The notes below the pieces were generated by a model that was not told the DNA's origin, did no database searches, and saw only the letters and a list, made by a program, of their open reading frames with translations. From contig MU008204.1 of assembly GCA_010909165.1 (NCBI GenBank), positions 1-7,015 of the forward strand: 7,015 nucleotides of DNA, given 5' to 3'. The position numbers and the translations under genes were made by a program. The number at the start of each line of letters is the position of its first letter. Position 1 is the first letter of the stretch. Source of the DNA: Anthoceros angustus. Taxonomy: Eukaryota; Plantae; Anthocerotophyta. Positions 6,493 through 7,015 of the stretch are shown in pieces.

Positions 6493-7015
6493 AGAAGAGC
6501 GGAGGATCCCAAAATAGTGGAAATTGCAAGGAGATTGCAAGTAGCAAGGCATGCAAGAGCTCGGACTCAAGCGGTGGCCAGAGCTGTTGTCAGAAAGCTT
6601 GCTCGATGGGGACTGAGCCATCCGGGGAGCGGCGACTTGAGGCGTGCCAAGTTCGAGTTTTGAAATTTGTCGGGACCCGCAGCCAGCAAAGCTGAGGTGG
6701 GCACGGGCATTCTCGACCTACTTGAGCGGTGAGTATGAGAAAGGAGAAGGTTGATTTCAGCCCATTACACGATCACTTGGCGGGCGTGGTGGGACAGCAG
6801 AAAGGCGACAAAAAGAGACAAGCCTACCATCCAATCTTGGGATGTCATGAAGTCAGCTGCAGACCTTTTGCCCAAGGATCACAAAGAAAGGTGTTGAGTC
6901 GGCATGAGTGCAGCGTTGAAGCACACGGAGCAGAAGACTTTCACCTTGCATTCATGAAGGCAATGTTAAAGCGCGGATCTCGAGCAAGCAAAATTGGCAA
7001 GCTTTGCGATGCGAT

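Noticed and set aside
5882-6695. Short ORFs over the minisatellites and CACTA end
   Set aside because: They derive from repeat sequence or cross the TIR boundary, and have no protein-family features.

Overview
Eukaryotic nuclear DNA from a land plant, most likely a seed-free lineage such as a hornwort, fern or lycophyte (inferred from the WW-type PG box, short introns and tight gene spacing). From left to right: (1) the degraded 3' end of a Ty3/Gypsy LTR retrotransposon (integrase C-terminus with GPY motif, polypurine tract, probable 3' LTR start at 511); (2) a minus-strand CASP-like (DUF588) four-TM membrane protein gene with three coding exons; (3) head-to-head with it, an intronless PLS-class PPR organellar RNA-editing factor (about 21 P/L/S motifs, E1, E2, 'PGQSWW' box) whose DYW domain has HTNK in place of HSEK and stops before the CxxC; (4) a run of different tandem arrays (52, 42, 48, 57/~29 and ~59 bp units); (5) a CACTA (En/Spm) right terminus with subterminal repeats ending at 6492; (6) an unidentified coding-like stretch. 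The coding regions carry many small indels, mostly deletions in homopolymer or dinucleotide runs. This looks more like uncorrected long-read error than true pseudogenisation, so the ORF track fragments the real genes. I found no clearly novel biological system. The most interesting items are the catalytically dead, truncated WW-type editing factor and its transposon and repeat context.
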